Counted from the first letter of the stretch, positions 39,496 to 49,549 are shown. The stretch is DNA of 64,000 nt from Rickettsiales bacterium (GCA_049653745.1 JBASGW010000031.1:38048-102047), one strand, 5' to 3'. Numbers and translations: made by a program. The notes: generated from the letters alone by a model not told the origin.

Positions 39496-40819
39496 TTAAC
39501 CTTCTTGAAACTCTATCTTTTCCAATTAATGGTAATATTTTCTTTATTTCAGGACCTTCATTTTCTCCTGTCAGTGCTAATCTAAGAGGCATAAATAAAT
39601 TTTTACCTGATCTACCAGTTGCTTCTTTTATGGTCATGGTCCAAGTGTTCCAAGTGGTTAAATCCCATATCCCATCGGGTAGCAATGTAGAAGCTTTTTT
39701 AATAAAATCAATGTCTTCAGGAGCAATTTTTCCTGGAACATCTTGATAACAAACTTTCCACCAAGTTACGGCTTCTACAATGGTATTCAAATTACCACAA
39801 ACCGCTTCCCAAAATTCTTTGGAAATTTCATGATCTAATCTAGCAAAACTGGGCTTTATCTGATCATAACTTAAGTTATTTATAAGTTTATGATTTAATT
39901 GATATAGTTCATTTAAGTCATAATTTACGGCAGAAGAACTATATTTACTCAAATCAAATTCACTAATTAATTGTTCTAAGCTAGTGGAAATTTCTATAGA
40001 GTCTGAAGAGCCCATTTTAGCAAGCAATGAGTTGATAGCCATTGGCTCTATAAATTCCTCTCTTAAAGAATGAATATCAAATCCTCCAAGACGTTTAGAG
40101 ATTTCTCCACTCTTGCTTTGGAGTAAGGATGTATGTCCAATTTGTGGAGGAATTTTGCCCAAAGCTTTGGTAATTTGAATGCCAATAGCGGTATTACTGA
40201 TATGATCTTCACCCCTAAGGATATGAGTAATATTAAAATCAATATCATCTGCAGCAGAACATAAAATATAAGTCATTGAGCCATCTTCGCGGATAACTAT
40301 AGGGTCACTTAAATTTTTAGCTTGAAACTGGATGCTACCTCTAATTAAATCATTCCATTCTATTACTTCATCAGCTAGTAAGAACCTATAATGAGGTTTT
40401 CTTCCTTCTTTTAAAAATGCTTCATGCTCTTCTCTAGTTAATTTTAAACCAGCTCTATCATAAATAGGAGGAAGCCCTCTGCTAAGTAGCATTTTACGCT
40501 TCATGTCTAGTTCAACTTGAGTTTCATAGCATTGATATAATCTACCATCAGCAATTAACTGATTTTTTATTTCTTGATAACGACCAAGTCTTTCTGATTG
40601 TTTTGCAAACTCATCCCAATTAAGGCCAAGCCACTGTAAATCATTTTTTATAGCTGTTTCATACTCTGCTTTAGAACGAACTAGGTCGGTATCATCCATA
40701 CGAAGCATAAAAGTTCCGTTATTAGCTTTAGTAAAAAGCCAATTAATTAAAGCAGTGCGAACATTGCCAACATGTAACATTCCTGTAGGGCTAGGAGCAA
40801 ATCTAGTTTTTATAGACAT
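39479..40819 (-). CDS. gltX: Glutamate--tRNA ligase
   Basis: RFAPSPTGMLHVGNVRTAL (HIGH region) and the KISKR-type motif EISKRLG; 446 aa. Confidence 0.92.
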   Translation of the reverse strand: MSIKTRFAPSPTGMLHVGNVRTALINWLFTKANNGTFMLRMDDTDLVRSKAEYETAIKNDLQWLGLNWDEFAKQSERLGRYQEIKNQLIADGRLYQCYETQVELDMKRKMLLSRGLPPIYDRAGLKLTREEHEAFLKEGRKPHYRFLLADEVIEWNDLIRGSIQFQAKNLSDPIVIREDGSMTYILCSAADDIDFNITHILRGEDHISNTAIGIQITKALGKIPPQIGHTSLLQSKSGEISKRLGGFDIHSLREEFIEPMAINSLLAKMGSSDSIEISTSLEQLISEFDLSKYSSSAVNYDLNELYQLNHKLINNLSYDQIKPSFARLDHEISKEFWEAVCGNLNTIVEAVTWWKVCYQDVPGKIAPEDIDFIKKASTLLPDGIWDLTTWNTWTMTIKEATGRSGKNLFMPLRLALTGENEGPEIKKILPLIGKDRVSRRLNDLFI

Positions 40820-40890
40820 AAAAGCCTTATTTAAGTTAAAATCATTTAATATATAAATATAACATTATATAAAGTTTGACAATATTTGAT

Positions 40891-41574
40891 ATGAAATTAC
40901 TAGAACTAGACATCAATAAAATTTTATTATTGGATAAACATAGATTTAAAAATAATCAAAATAGCATTGATTACTTAAATAATTTGGCTTTGAAGGAACT
41001 CAATAGTGAAAAACGGCTTGCTTGGTTAAAAATTGCTACGGCTAAAGTTGAAAAATTTCATAGTTATTTTCATTTTGAGCAATCTTATTTTCATCTACAA
41101 CTAGCTAAGGCTCTTTTAAAACAACAAAGATTAGAACAAGCTGAGGAACAGCTGAAGGCCGCTTTGTTTCAAGATCCGCTTAATTTAGAAGCTAAAGCAA
41201 TATCTATAGATAATAATCAGAATGTTAAGGAATATAAAAGAGTCTACGAAAATTTTTTAGGATATCTTTTTTTTGCTACTGAAGAAAATGAAGTAGCTGA
41301 AGCTAAAGCTCTAGGATATTGGCAAGATTATTTAGATTATCAAAAAAACCAAGAAGAAATCATATTGGGAAAAATTATTGAACAGATTCGCTGGCATCAT
41401 TTAAATTATCATATAGAGGCGGCTAAGCTCTATTTAAATAGAGCTCTAGTGTTTCATCAATTAGGGTCTTTAGAGATAGCTAAAAATGATATACGCAAAG
41501 CAAATTATTTAGATAATAAAATCCAGAGTAAAGCATATTATCTTACTATAACAAAAATAATTCTAGAAAATTAA
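40891..41574 (+). CDS. Hypothetical protein, TPR-like helical repeats
   Basis: ORF with helical-repeat character ([30 protein letters not shown]; [27 protein letters not shown]). Start taken at the ATG at 40891; the track begins at the TTG at 40876. Confidence 0.5.
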   Translation: MKLLELDINKILLLDKHRFKNNQNSIDYLNNLALKELNSEKRLAWLKIATAKVEKFHSYFHFEQSYFHLQLAKALLKQQRLEQAEEQLKAALFQDPLNLEAKAISIDNNQNVKEYKRVYENFLGYLFFATEENEVAEAKALGYWQDYLDYQKNQEEIILGKIIEQIRWHHLNYHIEAAKLYLNRALVFHQLGSLEIAKNDIRKANYLDNKIQSKAYYLTITKIILEN

Positions 41575-41726
41575 GTTCTCTCAAACAGTCTTTCTATATC
41601 TTTCATGTTTAGCTTAATGTAGGTGGGTCTGCCGTGATTACATTGGTCAGAATGGTCACATTGTTCTATCTCTCGCAATAAGGCATTCATCTCTTTAATA
41701 TCTAAATTTTGCCTGCTATAATACTG
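41571..41726 (-). pseudogene. Duplicated 3'-terminal fragment of mutL (about the last 44 codons in frame, then a 1-nt deletion and loss of similarity)
   Basis: Near-identical to 42444-42600, the real mutL 3' end. There are four substitutions in the first ~135 bp: two synonymous (R, L codons) and two replacements (G to D, M to I). A 1-nt deletion near 41710 follows. No upstream mutL sequence is present. Confidence 0.85.
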
Positions 41727-41934
41727 TGGGGAAAAACGAAAGTGACGCGCTTTTTAACTTCAGAAAATATCTGCTTGCATCGAGAATGCCAAGCAGGTTG
41801 ACGTATTAGAATTTAGCAAGGCGTTAACAAATTAATGCTTTACTAATATCAATTGTTGATTTATATTATGCTTTAGTTATGAAAAGTAACTACATTAGAG
41901 ATAATTTTTTAATATATAATATAGAGATCATAAC

Positions 41935-42237
41935 ATGAGTTTTGTAATTAAACAATTTACTGAAAAAAATCTTGATGAAGCATTTGAATACTTAGAAGCT
42001 ATTAATAGTAGGGTTTATATAGCTTTGGATACAAACAATAATAAAATAGCTCAATATACTTGTAATGAAGATTATGTTCTTAATGATTGTAATGATAAAG
42101 GTGGTAAATTTATTGGTAAATCAATATGGGGTGACTATAGTGCTGATACTCCATGCAATGAAGGATACACGTTGGCTTCTACATTATATATCGGAGAAAA
42201 TACCTATGGTTATTGTTGTTCTCCAGAAGAAATCTAA
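41935..42237 (+). CDS. Small hypothetical protein with five Cys residues
   Basis: 100-aa ORF in the DNA bracketed by the two mutL 3' copies. It has no signal peptide, Cys at positions 43, 52, 74, 94 and 95 (C-terminal YGYCCSPEEI), and only a weak RBS. Its coding status is uncertain. Confidence 0.35.
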   Translation: MSFVIKQFTEKNLDEAFEYLEAINSRVYIALDTNNNKIAQYTCNEDYVLNDCNDKGGKFIGKSIWGDYSADTPCNEGYTLASTLYIGENTYGYCCSPEEI

Positions 42238-42443
42238 TAATAGTCTTTAAAAAATAATTGAACTTATTGTCATTTAGAAATTATTTACCAGGTTATAGCC
42301 CAAGGCAATATAAAACAACCAGATGGAGAAGATTCAAAGGAATGTTGCTGTATGAGTTTATAGTCAGTTTTTTCAAAAATTATTCACTTTATTTATAGCA
42401 ATTAAAGTTGAAAAATTACTAGCATAAGTTAAATTTCAAGACT

Positions 42444-44264
42444 TTAAGTTCTCTCAAATAGCCTTTCTATATCTTTCATGTTTAGCTTAATGTAGGTGGG
42501 TCTGCCGTGATTACATTGGCCAGAATGGTCACATTGTTCCATCTCTCGCAATAAGGCATTCATCTCTTTAATATCTAAATTTCTTCCTGCTCTAATACTA
42601 TGATGACAAGCAAAGGTAGCTAAATAATGATTAATTTTTTTCTCTAAAGAAACTTGCTGAGTATATTCTTTTAAATCATCAACGATATCTAGAATAAGTT
42701 TTTTTACATCAACGCATTTTAGCAAAGCTGGCAGTTCAGTAACAGATATAGCTTTTGCACCAAAAGATTCAAAGTGTAATCCAAAACCACTAAATTCTTG
42801 CTTTTGTTCTAGAAATATTTCTAAAATATGCTCTGGTAATTCAATAATTTCAGGTATAAGTAATCGCTGAGTTTTTATTTGCTTATTTATTATTTGTTCT
42901 TTTAAGCGTTCATAGAAAATTCTTTCATGAGCTGCATGTTGATCTATTAAAATCATTCCCTCTTGGGTTTGAGAAATAATATAAGTGTTATGAATTTGAC
43001 CACAAGCGCTTCCTAAAGGAAAGGTTATTTGATTGTTATCAAAATGTTCTGGCATGGCTTTCACCATTGGAGCCATTGGAGTAAAAAGCTGTTGCGCTTG
43101 CTCAATTTGAGCAGAAGTGGGCCTCGTAAAGCTAGGGCGTGTTACAGGTGGAGTATATTTATATGCTTCTCTCTCTTCTAAAGAAATAATATTCTCTTTA
43201 ACTCTAGTATCTTGAGGAATAAAAGAGTTTAACGCGGATGAAGATAAATGTTCAGAGGCTTGATTGCCAATATTTCTAATACCTTGCTTTATGGCGCTAA
43301 TAACTAAATTTCTAAGGGCGTTTCCATCTTTAAATCTTACTTCGGATTTTGCTGGATGAACATTAACATCAACAAAAGCTGAGTCTATTTCTAAAAATAA
43401 ATAAACATTAGGATAGCGACCATGAGGAATAAAGTCTTGATAAGCTATTTTAACAGCCATAGATAATAATTTATCTTTTATAGGTCTTTTATTAATAAAG
43501 AAAAATTGTTCGCTGCTGCTACCGCTATTATAAGTGGGAAGGCTAATATAACCTTGAAGTTTGTTTTCTTGATCAGTTGCTTGAATATAAGTAAAATTTT
43601 CCTTAAACCCTTTTGCAATTAAGTCATCTAAGCGGTTATATAACGCATCTTCTCCCAAACAGGATTTAAAATTAAAAATTTCTTTGCCATCGCTAGTGAA
43701 TGTAAGTGCAACCTCAGGATTAGCTAGAGCAATTTTTTGTAAACAATCTAGTATATAATGAACTTCAGTTTTTTCAGTTTTAAGAAATTTCAAACGAGCA
43801 GGAGTTGCAAAAAATAAATCTCTTACTTGAATTTTAGTTCCTTCTGATAAAGAAGCCGGAGAAATTTCTTCTTTTTCTCCTCCATTAATTGTTAAGCTCC
43901 AAGCGCATTCGGAAGGCTGTTCTTTTGAGCGAGAAATTATAGTCATTCTGCTAACTGAAGCGATAGAGGGAAGAGCTTCACCTCTAAATCCAAAAAAAGC
44001 TATTTCATTAATATCTTCATTTGGTAATTTAGAAGTTGTATGGCGATCAACGGCAAGAGCTAGTTCTTCTTTGCTCATTCCTATGCCATTATCAATAATT
44101 GTAATTAAATTACGACCAGCATTTTCAACAATAACTTCAATTTTAGTTGCTTTAGCATCAATGGCATTTTCTACCAATTCTTTGATGGCTGATGCAGGTC
44201 TTTCTACCACTTCTCCTGCGGCAATACGATTAATTATGGTATTAGAAAGAATTTTAATTTTCAT
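42444..44264 (-). CDS. mutL: DNA mismatch repair protein MutL
   Basis: N-terminal IAAGEVVERPASAIKELVENAIDA (GHKL ATPase), DNGIGM, and C-terminal QHAAHERI and CNHGRPT motifs. Confidence 0.95.
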   Translation of the reverse strand: MKIKILSNTIINRIAAGEVVERPASAIKELVENAIDAKATKIEVIVENAGRNLITIIDNGIGMSKEELALAVDRHTTSKLPNEDINEIAFFGFRGEALPSIASVSRMTIISRSKEQPSECAWSLTINGGEKEEISPASLSEGTKIQVRDLFFATPARLKFLKTEKTEVHYILDCLQKIALANPEVALTFTSDGKEIFNFKSCLGEDALYNRLDDLIAKGFKENFTYIQATDQENKLQGYISLPTYNSGSSSEQFFFINKRPIKDKLLSMAVKIAYQDFIPHGRYPNVYLFLEIDSAFVDVNVHPAKSEVRFKDGNALRNLVISAIKQGIRNIGNQASEHLSSSALNSFIPQDTRVKENIISLEEREAYKYTPPVTRPSFTRPTSAQIEQAQQLFTPMAPMVKAMPEHFDNNQITFPLGSACGQIHNTYIISQTQEGMILIDQHAAHERIFYERLKEQIINKQIKTQRLLIPEIIELPEHILEIFLEQKQEFSGFGLHFESFGAKAISVTELPALLKCVDVKKLILDIVDDLKEYTQQVSLEKKINHYLATFACHHSIRAGRNLDIKEMNALLREMEQCDHSGQCNHGRPTYIKLNMKDIERLFERT

Positions 44265-44330
44265 TATAGCTTATTTTTTATATAGTGAGTTAGAAGAAAT
44301 ATACGCCTAACTTTAATAACGGTCAAGTTG

Positions 44331-45740
44331 ATGAAGATAAATCTTAAAGAAGTTTCTGGAATTAGTGTAGATTCAAGAGCAATAGAGCCTGGATATATTT
44401 TTGTGGCAATCAAGGGGAATATGCAAAATGGTCATGATTATATAAGTGCGGCAATTGCTAATGGAGCCAAAGTAATTGTTCATCAAGATGACATAGAGAA
44501 AGTAGAGGGGGTAGAATATTTCAAAGTTTTAGATGCGAGAAGTGCACTAAGTGAATTATCTCAGCTTCTTTATCCTAAGCAATCAAAATATATTATGGGA
44601 GTTACTGGCACTAATGGGAAAACCTCAATAGTGCATTTTGTTCGTGAAATTCTTCTAGAGCTAAATAAAAAAATAGTATCTATAGGAACAATGGGCGTAT
44701 TAGGTTTGTTAGAGACAATAGTTACAAATATAAATACTCTACCTGCAGAGAAGCTTCATCCATTATTACAAAAAATAGCTGAAAATAATATAGATTATGT
44801 TGCAATGGAGTGTTCTAGCCATGGCATTGATCAACATCGAATAGATCAAGTGAAATTTTCTGCCTGTGGCTTTAGTAATTTGAGCCAAGACCATCTAGAT
44901 TATCATGAGAATATGGAAAATTATCTTCAAGCTAAAGAAAAATTATTTAGCTTAATGAAAGAGGGATATGCGGTACTTAATACTGATATCCCAGAATTTG
45001 AGAGGCTTGCTAATTACTGTAAAAAGAAGAATCATAAAATTATTGGTTATGGAAAAAATAGACTAAAAGAAAGTGCTAACAATGTTATAATTAATTCTAT
45101 AGAACATGAAGGAATATCTCAAAAAGTTACTTGGGAGATTAATAAAGTTTTTTATCAGACTAAATTAAATTTAGTTGGAGAGTTTCAAGTTTATAACTTA
45201 GCTTGCGCTATTGGTTTGCTTATGGCTTGTGAAGTTAATCTTGATGAAATTATGCAAGTGCTACCATCATTAAAAGCAGTTACTGGAAGAATGGAGCTGG
45301 TATCTACGGATAGAGAATCAAATATATTTATTGATTATGCTCACACTCCTGATGCTTTAGTTCATGCTTTAAAAACTTTAAAGCCAGTTACTAAAAATAG
45401 ATTGATAGTTGTTTTTGGTTGTGGCGGAAATAGAGACAAAGAAAAACGTCCTTTAATGGGGAAAATAGCTGATGAATTTGCAGATTTAGTAATTATTACA
45501 GATGATAATCCTAGAAATGAAAACCCTAATATAATTAGACAAGAAATTATAAAGGGATGTAAGAATTATAAAGAAATACCAGGAAGAGAAGAGGCAATAG
45601 AATTTGCTATAAAGAATTTGCAAGTGGGTGATAATTTATTAATAGCCGGCAAAGGGCATGAAAATTATCAAATAATAGGTGATAAAACATATGAATTTAG
45701 TGATATTAGTAAAGTTAGAGAGATAGTTAACAATTTATGA
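44331..45740 (+). CDS. murE: UDP-N-acetylmuramoyl-L-alanyl-D-glutamate--2,6-diaminopimelate ligase
   Basis: VDSRAIEPGYIFVAIKG, GVTGTNGKTS, and the DNPR motif (ITDDNPRNE) that specifies meso-DAP. Confidence 0.9.
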   Translation: MKINLKEVSGISVDSRAIEPGYIFVAIKGNMQNGHDYISAAIANGAKVIVHQDDIEKVEGVEYFKVLDARSALSELSQLLYPKQSKYIMGVTGTNGKTSIVHFVREILLELNKKIVSIGTMGVLGLLETIVTNINTLPAEKLHPLLQKIAENNIDYVAMECSSHGIDQHRIDQVKFSACGFSNLSQDHLDYHENMENYLQAKEKLFSLMKEGYAVLNTDIPEFERLANYCKKKNHKIIGYGKNRLKESANNVIINSIEHEGISQKVTWEINKVFYQTKLNLVGEFQVYNLACAIGLLMACEVNLDEIMQVLPSLKAVTGRMELVSTDRESNIFIDYAHTPDALVHALKTLKPVTKNRLIVVFGCGGNRDKEKRPLMGKIADEFADLVIITDDNPRNENPNIIRQEIIKGCKNYKEIPGREEAIEFAIKNLQVGDNLLIAGKGHENYQIIGDKTYEFSDISKVREIVNNL

Positions 45741-46282
45741 GAATAATAGCTGGCAAACATAAAGGAAGAAGTTTACTTTCTCCTACAGATAAAGGAATAA
45801 GGCCAACTTCTAGTAAAACTAGAGAATCAATGTTTAATATATTACTAAATCTAAATGCAATTGAAGATTCTAATGTTATAGATTTATGCTGTGGCACAGG
45901 TGCTTTAGGGATTGAAGCTCTTTCAAGAGGTGCAGCAAAAGTGGTGTTTATTGATGGGAGTAATCAGCATTTAAAAATAGCCTATGCTAATATAAATCAA
46001 GTTAACGAAACAGAGAAATCTATAATTTTAAGAGCGAACGCTGAAGACTTGCCCCAAGCAAGAGAAAAATTTAATTTAGTTTTTATTGATCCTCCATATT
46101 TTAAGAAAGTTGCTGATAAGGCCTTAATATCTCTAATTGAAAAAGATTGGTTGGCTGAAAAAGCTATAATTTTAATTGAACAAGATAGACGGGAAGATTT
46201 GGCTTTTTCAACAGATCATTACCAACAGGTTATGGAGAGAAGTTATGGTAATTCGAAAATTACCTTGCTAGAAAGATTATAG
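45737..46282 (+). CDS. rsmD: 16S rRNA (guanine966-N2)-methyltransferase
   Basis: MRIIAGKHKGRSL...IRPTSSKTRESMFNIL, DLCCGTGALGIEALSRGA and FIDPPY. Confidence 0.88.
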   Translation: MRIIAGKHKGRSLLSPTDKGIRPTSSKTRESMFNILLNLNAIEDSNVIDLCCGTGALGIEALSRGAAKVVFIDGSNQHLKIAYANINQVNETEKSIILRANAEDLPQAREKFNLVFIDPPYFKKVADKALISLIEKDWLAEKAIILIEQDRREDLAFSTDHYQQVMERSYGNSKITLLERL

Positions 46283-46307
46283 CTTACTATGATCTAAAAA
46301 ATATTAC

Positions 46308-46383
<76 letters not shown>

Positions 46384-46530
46384 AAAAGTTTCTAATCTAT
46401 AAATTTCCCTTGTATAAATAAATTCTTAATTTATTTGCAGGGTTTGCTACTTTTAATTGAAATCATTAAAAATATTCTGTAGCCTTACAGTAATAATTTT
46501 AATTTTTTATATAGAAAATAGAGAGAAACT

Positions 46531-48237
46531 ATGGATGCAAGGCTAAAACTATTAGTTGTTTTTTCAATAGGGGCATTTACTGCGTCACCTGGTGCAGCCA
46601 CTGACATTGTTAAGTCTAGGCCTTATACAGCTGCACTAAATGTTTATTCTCAACAAAAAAACTCTTATAACTTAAAAGATTCTTACCCTAAACAAAGTCG
46701 GGTTGAAAAAATAGAATCCAAGGATAATAATCATAAAATAATCAGGTCATTTGTTGCAAAAAAGATACAAGTATATTTTAACAACCATTTAGAAAATCTA
46801 TCTACTCTGGGTTTAAGTGATTTGGTAGGAGCAACAATCACTGAAGACAAGTTGATGGAGTTGAATATATCATTGACTAAACATTATATAAAACAAGACT
46901 ATCTTATCCCAGAAATTTCAATTGATAATAATGCAATGAATGCTAGCGCCTTAATAATTAAGGTAAAGCCGGCAACTATCTCAAATGTTATTATTATCGG
47001 CGAAGGAAAAGATAATAAATTAATGCAAGAATATGCAGAAAAATTAAAGCTACAAACTCCGGCCCGTAAATCAACAACTCAAAGAATATTGGGCTTAATG
47101 AATAAAATTCCAGGTTATGAAATTTCCTATGATTTAGTTCCTGTCACAAGTAGTTCAGCGCAAGAAAACATAGAAGTGGACTTAATTATTTTATCTTCAA
47201 AGAAAAAAGGTTCTATCTTTGCTGGTGCTGATAATTTATCATCTAATGATTTAGGTAAATATCAATTTTCTTTATTAGGAGAAAAATACACTCCTTTTAC
47301 TGATAGTGATTCGTTAGTGATTCATGGGGCAACTACTAATTATCCAGAAAGATTGAATGACATAGGTGTTGGTTATAATCATATTTTAAATACGTATGGT
47401 ACAAAAGCTGATGTTATGGTTTCTCATGCTGAAGATAATGCCACATTGAAAAATTCAGTTAAAACACCAAACACAAAAAATAATGGGATTAAAACTTCAT
47501 TGATTCAACAATTATTTCTAAATCCTAGTAATGATTTAGAAATGGAAATAGGCACTCATCACCATACTTCTACTCAATATAAGGTAAATGATAACAATGC
47601 CTCTCAGAAATATATAGTTTCTAAATATACTACAGGAGAGATGGGTTTTAGATATTTATTTAAAGATAAATTAGCAGGAAGTAATTTAGTTAATACTACA
47701 TTCACTCACGGCTTAAAAGGTACTAATAAAAATTATTTAGATACAACTCCATTGCCAAAAGATCATTTTAATAAATATAATTTTAGTTATCAAAGAGAGC
47801 AAATAATTACCGAAAATTATAGTGTTTTTGCTCATGTTATGGCTAGTTATTCTAAAGATATAATGCCTGATTCAGAACAGGCAGTACTTGGTGGCCCTGT
47901 TTTTGGCCGAGGTTATGATTTTGCAACTCTAGAAGGAAGAAGAATGACCGCCGGATCAATAGAGCTTAGATATTCTAAAATGATAGAAGAAAGTTATTTA
48001 AGTAAACTTCAACCATATTTATTTGCTGATTATGGCAATGTGAATAGAGAAAAAGCAGATACTAACGTTTCTCATTTAGAATCTTATGGTGCTGGGCTTA
48101 GGCTTAAGTTTATTAAAAATATTGATTTATCTATGGAAGTGGCTCAACCATGCAAAAAGAAATTTAGAGTTGATGGCAGCGATATAAAAGCTGATACCAA
48201 ATTTAACGTATTTATAAATAAAGTTATAGAGTTTTAG
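46531..48237 (+). CDS. ShlB/FhaC/HecB-family outer-membrane transporter (TpsB of two-partner secretion)
   Basis: 568 aa with signal peptide MDARLKLLVVFSIGAFTASPGAA and a POTRA-like region (ISNVIIIGEGKDNKLMQEYAEKL). The C-terminal barrel carries the family motifs LGGPVFGRGYDF, GSIELRY, YLFADYGNV and GAGLRLKF. Confidence 0.8.
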   Translation: MDARLKLLVVFSIGAFTASPGAATDIVKSRPYTAALNVYSQQKNSYNLKDSYPKQSRVEKIESKDNNHKIIRSFVAKKIQVYFNNHLENLSTLGLSDLVGATITEDKLMELNISLTKHYIKQDYLIPEISIDNNAMNASALIIKVKPATISNVIIIGEGKDNKLMQEYAEKLKLQTPARKSTTQRILGLMNKIPGYEISYDLVPVTSSSAQENIEVDLIILSSKKKGSIFAGADNLSSNDLGKYQFSLLGEKYTPFTDSDSLVIHGATTNYPERLNDIGVGYNHILNTYGTKADVMVSHAEDNATLKNSVKTPNTKNNGIKTSLIQQLFLNPSNDLEMEIGTHHHTSTQYKVNDNNASQKYIVSKYTTGEMGFRYLFKDKLAGSNLVNTTFTHGLKGTNKNYLDTTPLPKDHFNKYNFSYQREQIITENYSVFAHVMASYSKDIMPDSEQAVLGGPVFGRGYDFATLEGRRMTAGSIELRYSKMIEESYLSKLQPYLFADYGNVNREKADTNVSHLESYGAGLRLKFIKNIDLSMEVAQPCKKKFRVDGSDIKADTKFNVFINKVIEF

Positions 48238-48240
48238 TTT

Positions 48241-49527
48241 ATGCAAATAATCAACAGAATAAATCAAATTTTAAAAATAGCAGTACTATTAAACCTAATT
48301 TCTAGCTTTACTTGCTGGGCAACTGATAATAGCGAAAGAGCAGCGGGAGCTGAGGTTGAAAATGTAGATATGATCTCTTCTTATGAGGAAGATGACATTG
48401 ATATTGATTGGACTGATTTGCCTAAAAATATTCAACAAAGATTGATGAAGAATTTTGATTATGGACTAAATGAAGAGCCAAAACAAATAAAATTTAAACA
48501 GTTAAAAATTATAATACACCCTGAACTTAAAACTAATTTTAATAAAATTAATTTAGAAAAAGTTAGAGACCATTTTTCTACAACTAAAGAAGGAAAAAAG
48601 CTTTCAAGAACTCTAGATAAGCATATTAAAGCAAAAGCTGCCGCAGAAAGAAAGGCTAAGTTGAATAAACAACAAGCAGAACTGAATAAAAGTATGGATG
48701 ACCTAAAGATCAGAGTTAAGGAGATTACAGAAGAAGCGCAAAACACCATTGAACAATCTAGAGTTCAAAAAACAGTGCCGCAGCAGCAAACAGATAAGTT
48801 TAATAGTAATGGAGAAGTTGGATCTCCTGATCCTAAAGAGCAGAAACTAGCAGAAGGGGTAGCGAGGGCAAACAAAGAGTTTACGTCTAAGCCGGAAGAG
48901 CCAAAGACTTATAATCCCTATGATGAGAAAGAGATGGCTGCGGCAGAGAGCAAGGCTAGAGCTCAGAAGGAGTTTACGTCTAAGCCGGAAGAGCCAAAGA
49001 CTCATAACCCTAGTAATAAGGAGATAGCTGCGGCAGAGACGGTGGCTAAAGTTAAGCAAGAACCCGAGTTAAAGGAGAGGAAGCGTCAAGAGAAAATAGA
49101 AGCAGAGAAAAAGTCCGCGGCAGAGAGCAATACTAGAGCTCAGAAAGAGTTCGCGTCTAAGCCAGAGGAGCTAAACACTCATAACCCTAGTAATAAGGAG
49201 ATGGCTGCCGCTGAAGAGGGATTTAGATCTAAACGAAAAGCTGAGAAACAAAAAGCTGAGAAACAAAAAGCTGAGAAACAAAAAGCCAAGGCTAAACAAG
49301 ATACCTCATCAGAAGAGCAAAGAGCTTCAGCAAATCAAACAGAGAAAATAACTAATTCTGTTTCTGTCACTACAGGAGAAGCTAAATTCAATAATCAACA
49401 AAAAAGCAATATTCCTAGTGCAAATTCAAGTTCTAGTTATGTTCGCCATAAAGGTGATATTAAAAGTACCATTGACAGAATAAAAATAACAAATTTTGAT
49501 ATAGTAAATAATGCTTTAAGTGAATAA
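48241..49527 (+). CDS. Secreted K/E/A-rich repeat protein (occupies the position of a TpsA cargo but lacks a TPS domain)
   Basis: 428 aa with signal-like N-terminus KIAVLLNLISSFTCWA. It is highly charged throughout. There are three copies of a ~31-aa module (A.KEF[TA]SKPEE..T.NP...KE[MI]AAAE) and (KAEKQ)x3. It starts 4 nt after the TpsB stop. Confidence 0.7.
   Translation: MQIINRINQILKIAVLLNLISSFTCWATDNSERAAGAEVENVDMISSYEEDDIDIDWTDLPKNIQQRLMKNFDYGLNEEPKQIKFKQLKIIIHPELKTNFNKINLEKVRDHFSTTKEGKKLSRTLDKHIKAKAAAERKAKLNKQQAELNKSMDDLKIRVKEITEEAQNTIEQSRVQKTVPQQQTDKFNSNGEVGSPDPKEQKLAEGVARANKEFTSKPEEPKTYNPYDEKEMAAAESKARAQKEFTSKPEEPKTHNPSNKEIAAAETVAKVKQEPELKERKRQEKIEAEKKSAAESNTRAQKEFASKPEELNTHNPSNKEMAAAEEGFRSKRKAEKQKAEKQKAEKQKAKAKQDTSSEEQRASANQTEKITNSVSVTTGEAKFNNQQKSNIPSANSSSSYVRHKGDIKSTIDRIKITNFDIVNNALSE
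48847..49218 (+). repeat. Imperfect coding repeats (93-bp module, three copies; core GAGTTTACGTCTAAGCCGGAAGAGCCAAAGACT)
   Basis: Core copies begin at 48877, 48970 and 49147. The block is visibly more GC-rich than the surrounding DNA. Confidence 0.85.
49237..49281 (+). repeat. Perfect 15-bp tandem repeat x3 (AAAGCTGAGAAACAA), followed by a degenerate fourth unit
   Basis: Read directly from the sequence; encodes KAEKQ x3. Confidence 0.9.
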
Positions 49528-49549
49528 AGCTAAAATAGTTGGAGGAATA

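Noticed and set aside
42065-42250. 61-aa alternative-frame ORF overlapping the Cys-containing ORF
   Set aside because: It is on the same strand in a different frame and fully nested in the 100-aa ORF. It is hydrophobic and low in complexity, with no independent start signals.
48459-49059. Two minus-strand ORFs (96 and 70 aa) inside the repeat-protein gene
   Set aside because: They are antisense to the K/E-rich repeat ORF. Purine-rich coding repeats produce open Leu/Phe/Ser-rich complementary frames by default. The 70-aa one merely mirrors the 93-bp repeats.
48241-49527. TolA or TonB identity for the K/E/A-rich repeat protein
   Set aside because: The composition (KAEKQ repeats, N-terminal hydrophobic segment) is reminiscent of TolA domain II. 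However, no tolQ/tolR/tolB/pal or exbBD genes are adjacent, and the C-terminal ~60 aa show no recognisable TolA/TonB domain.
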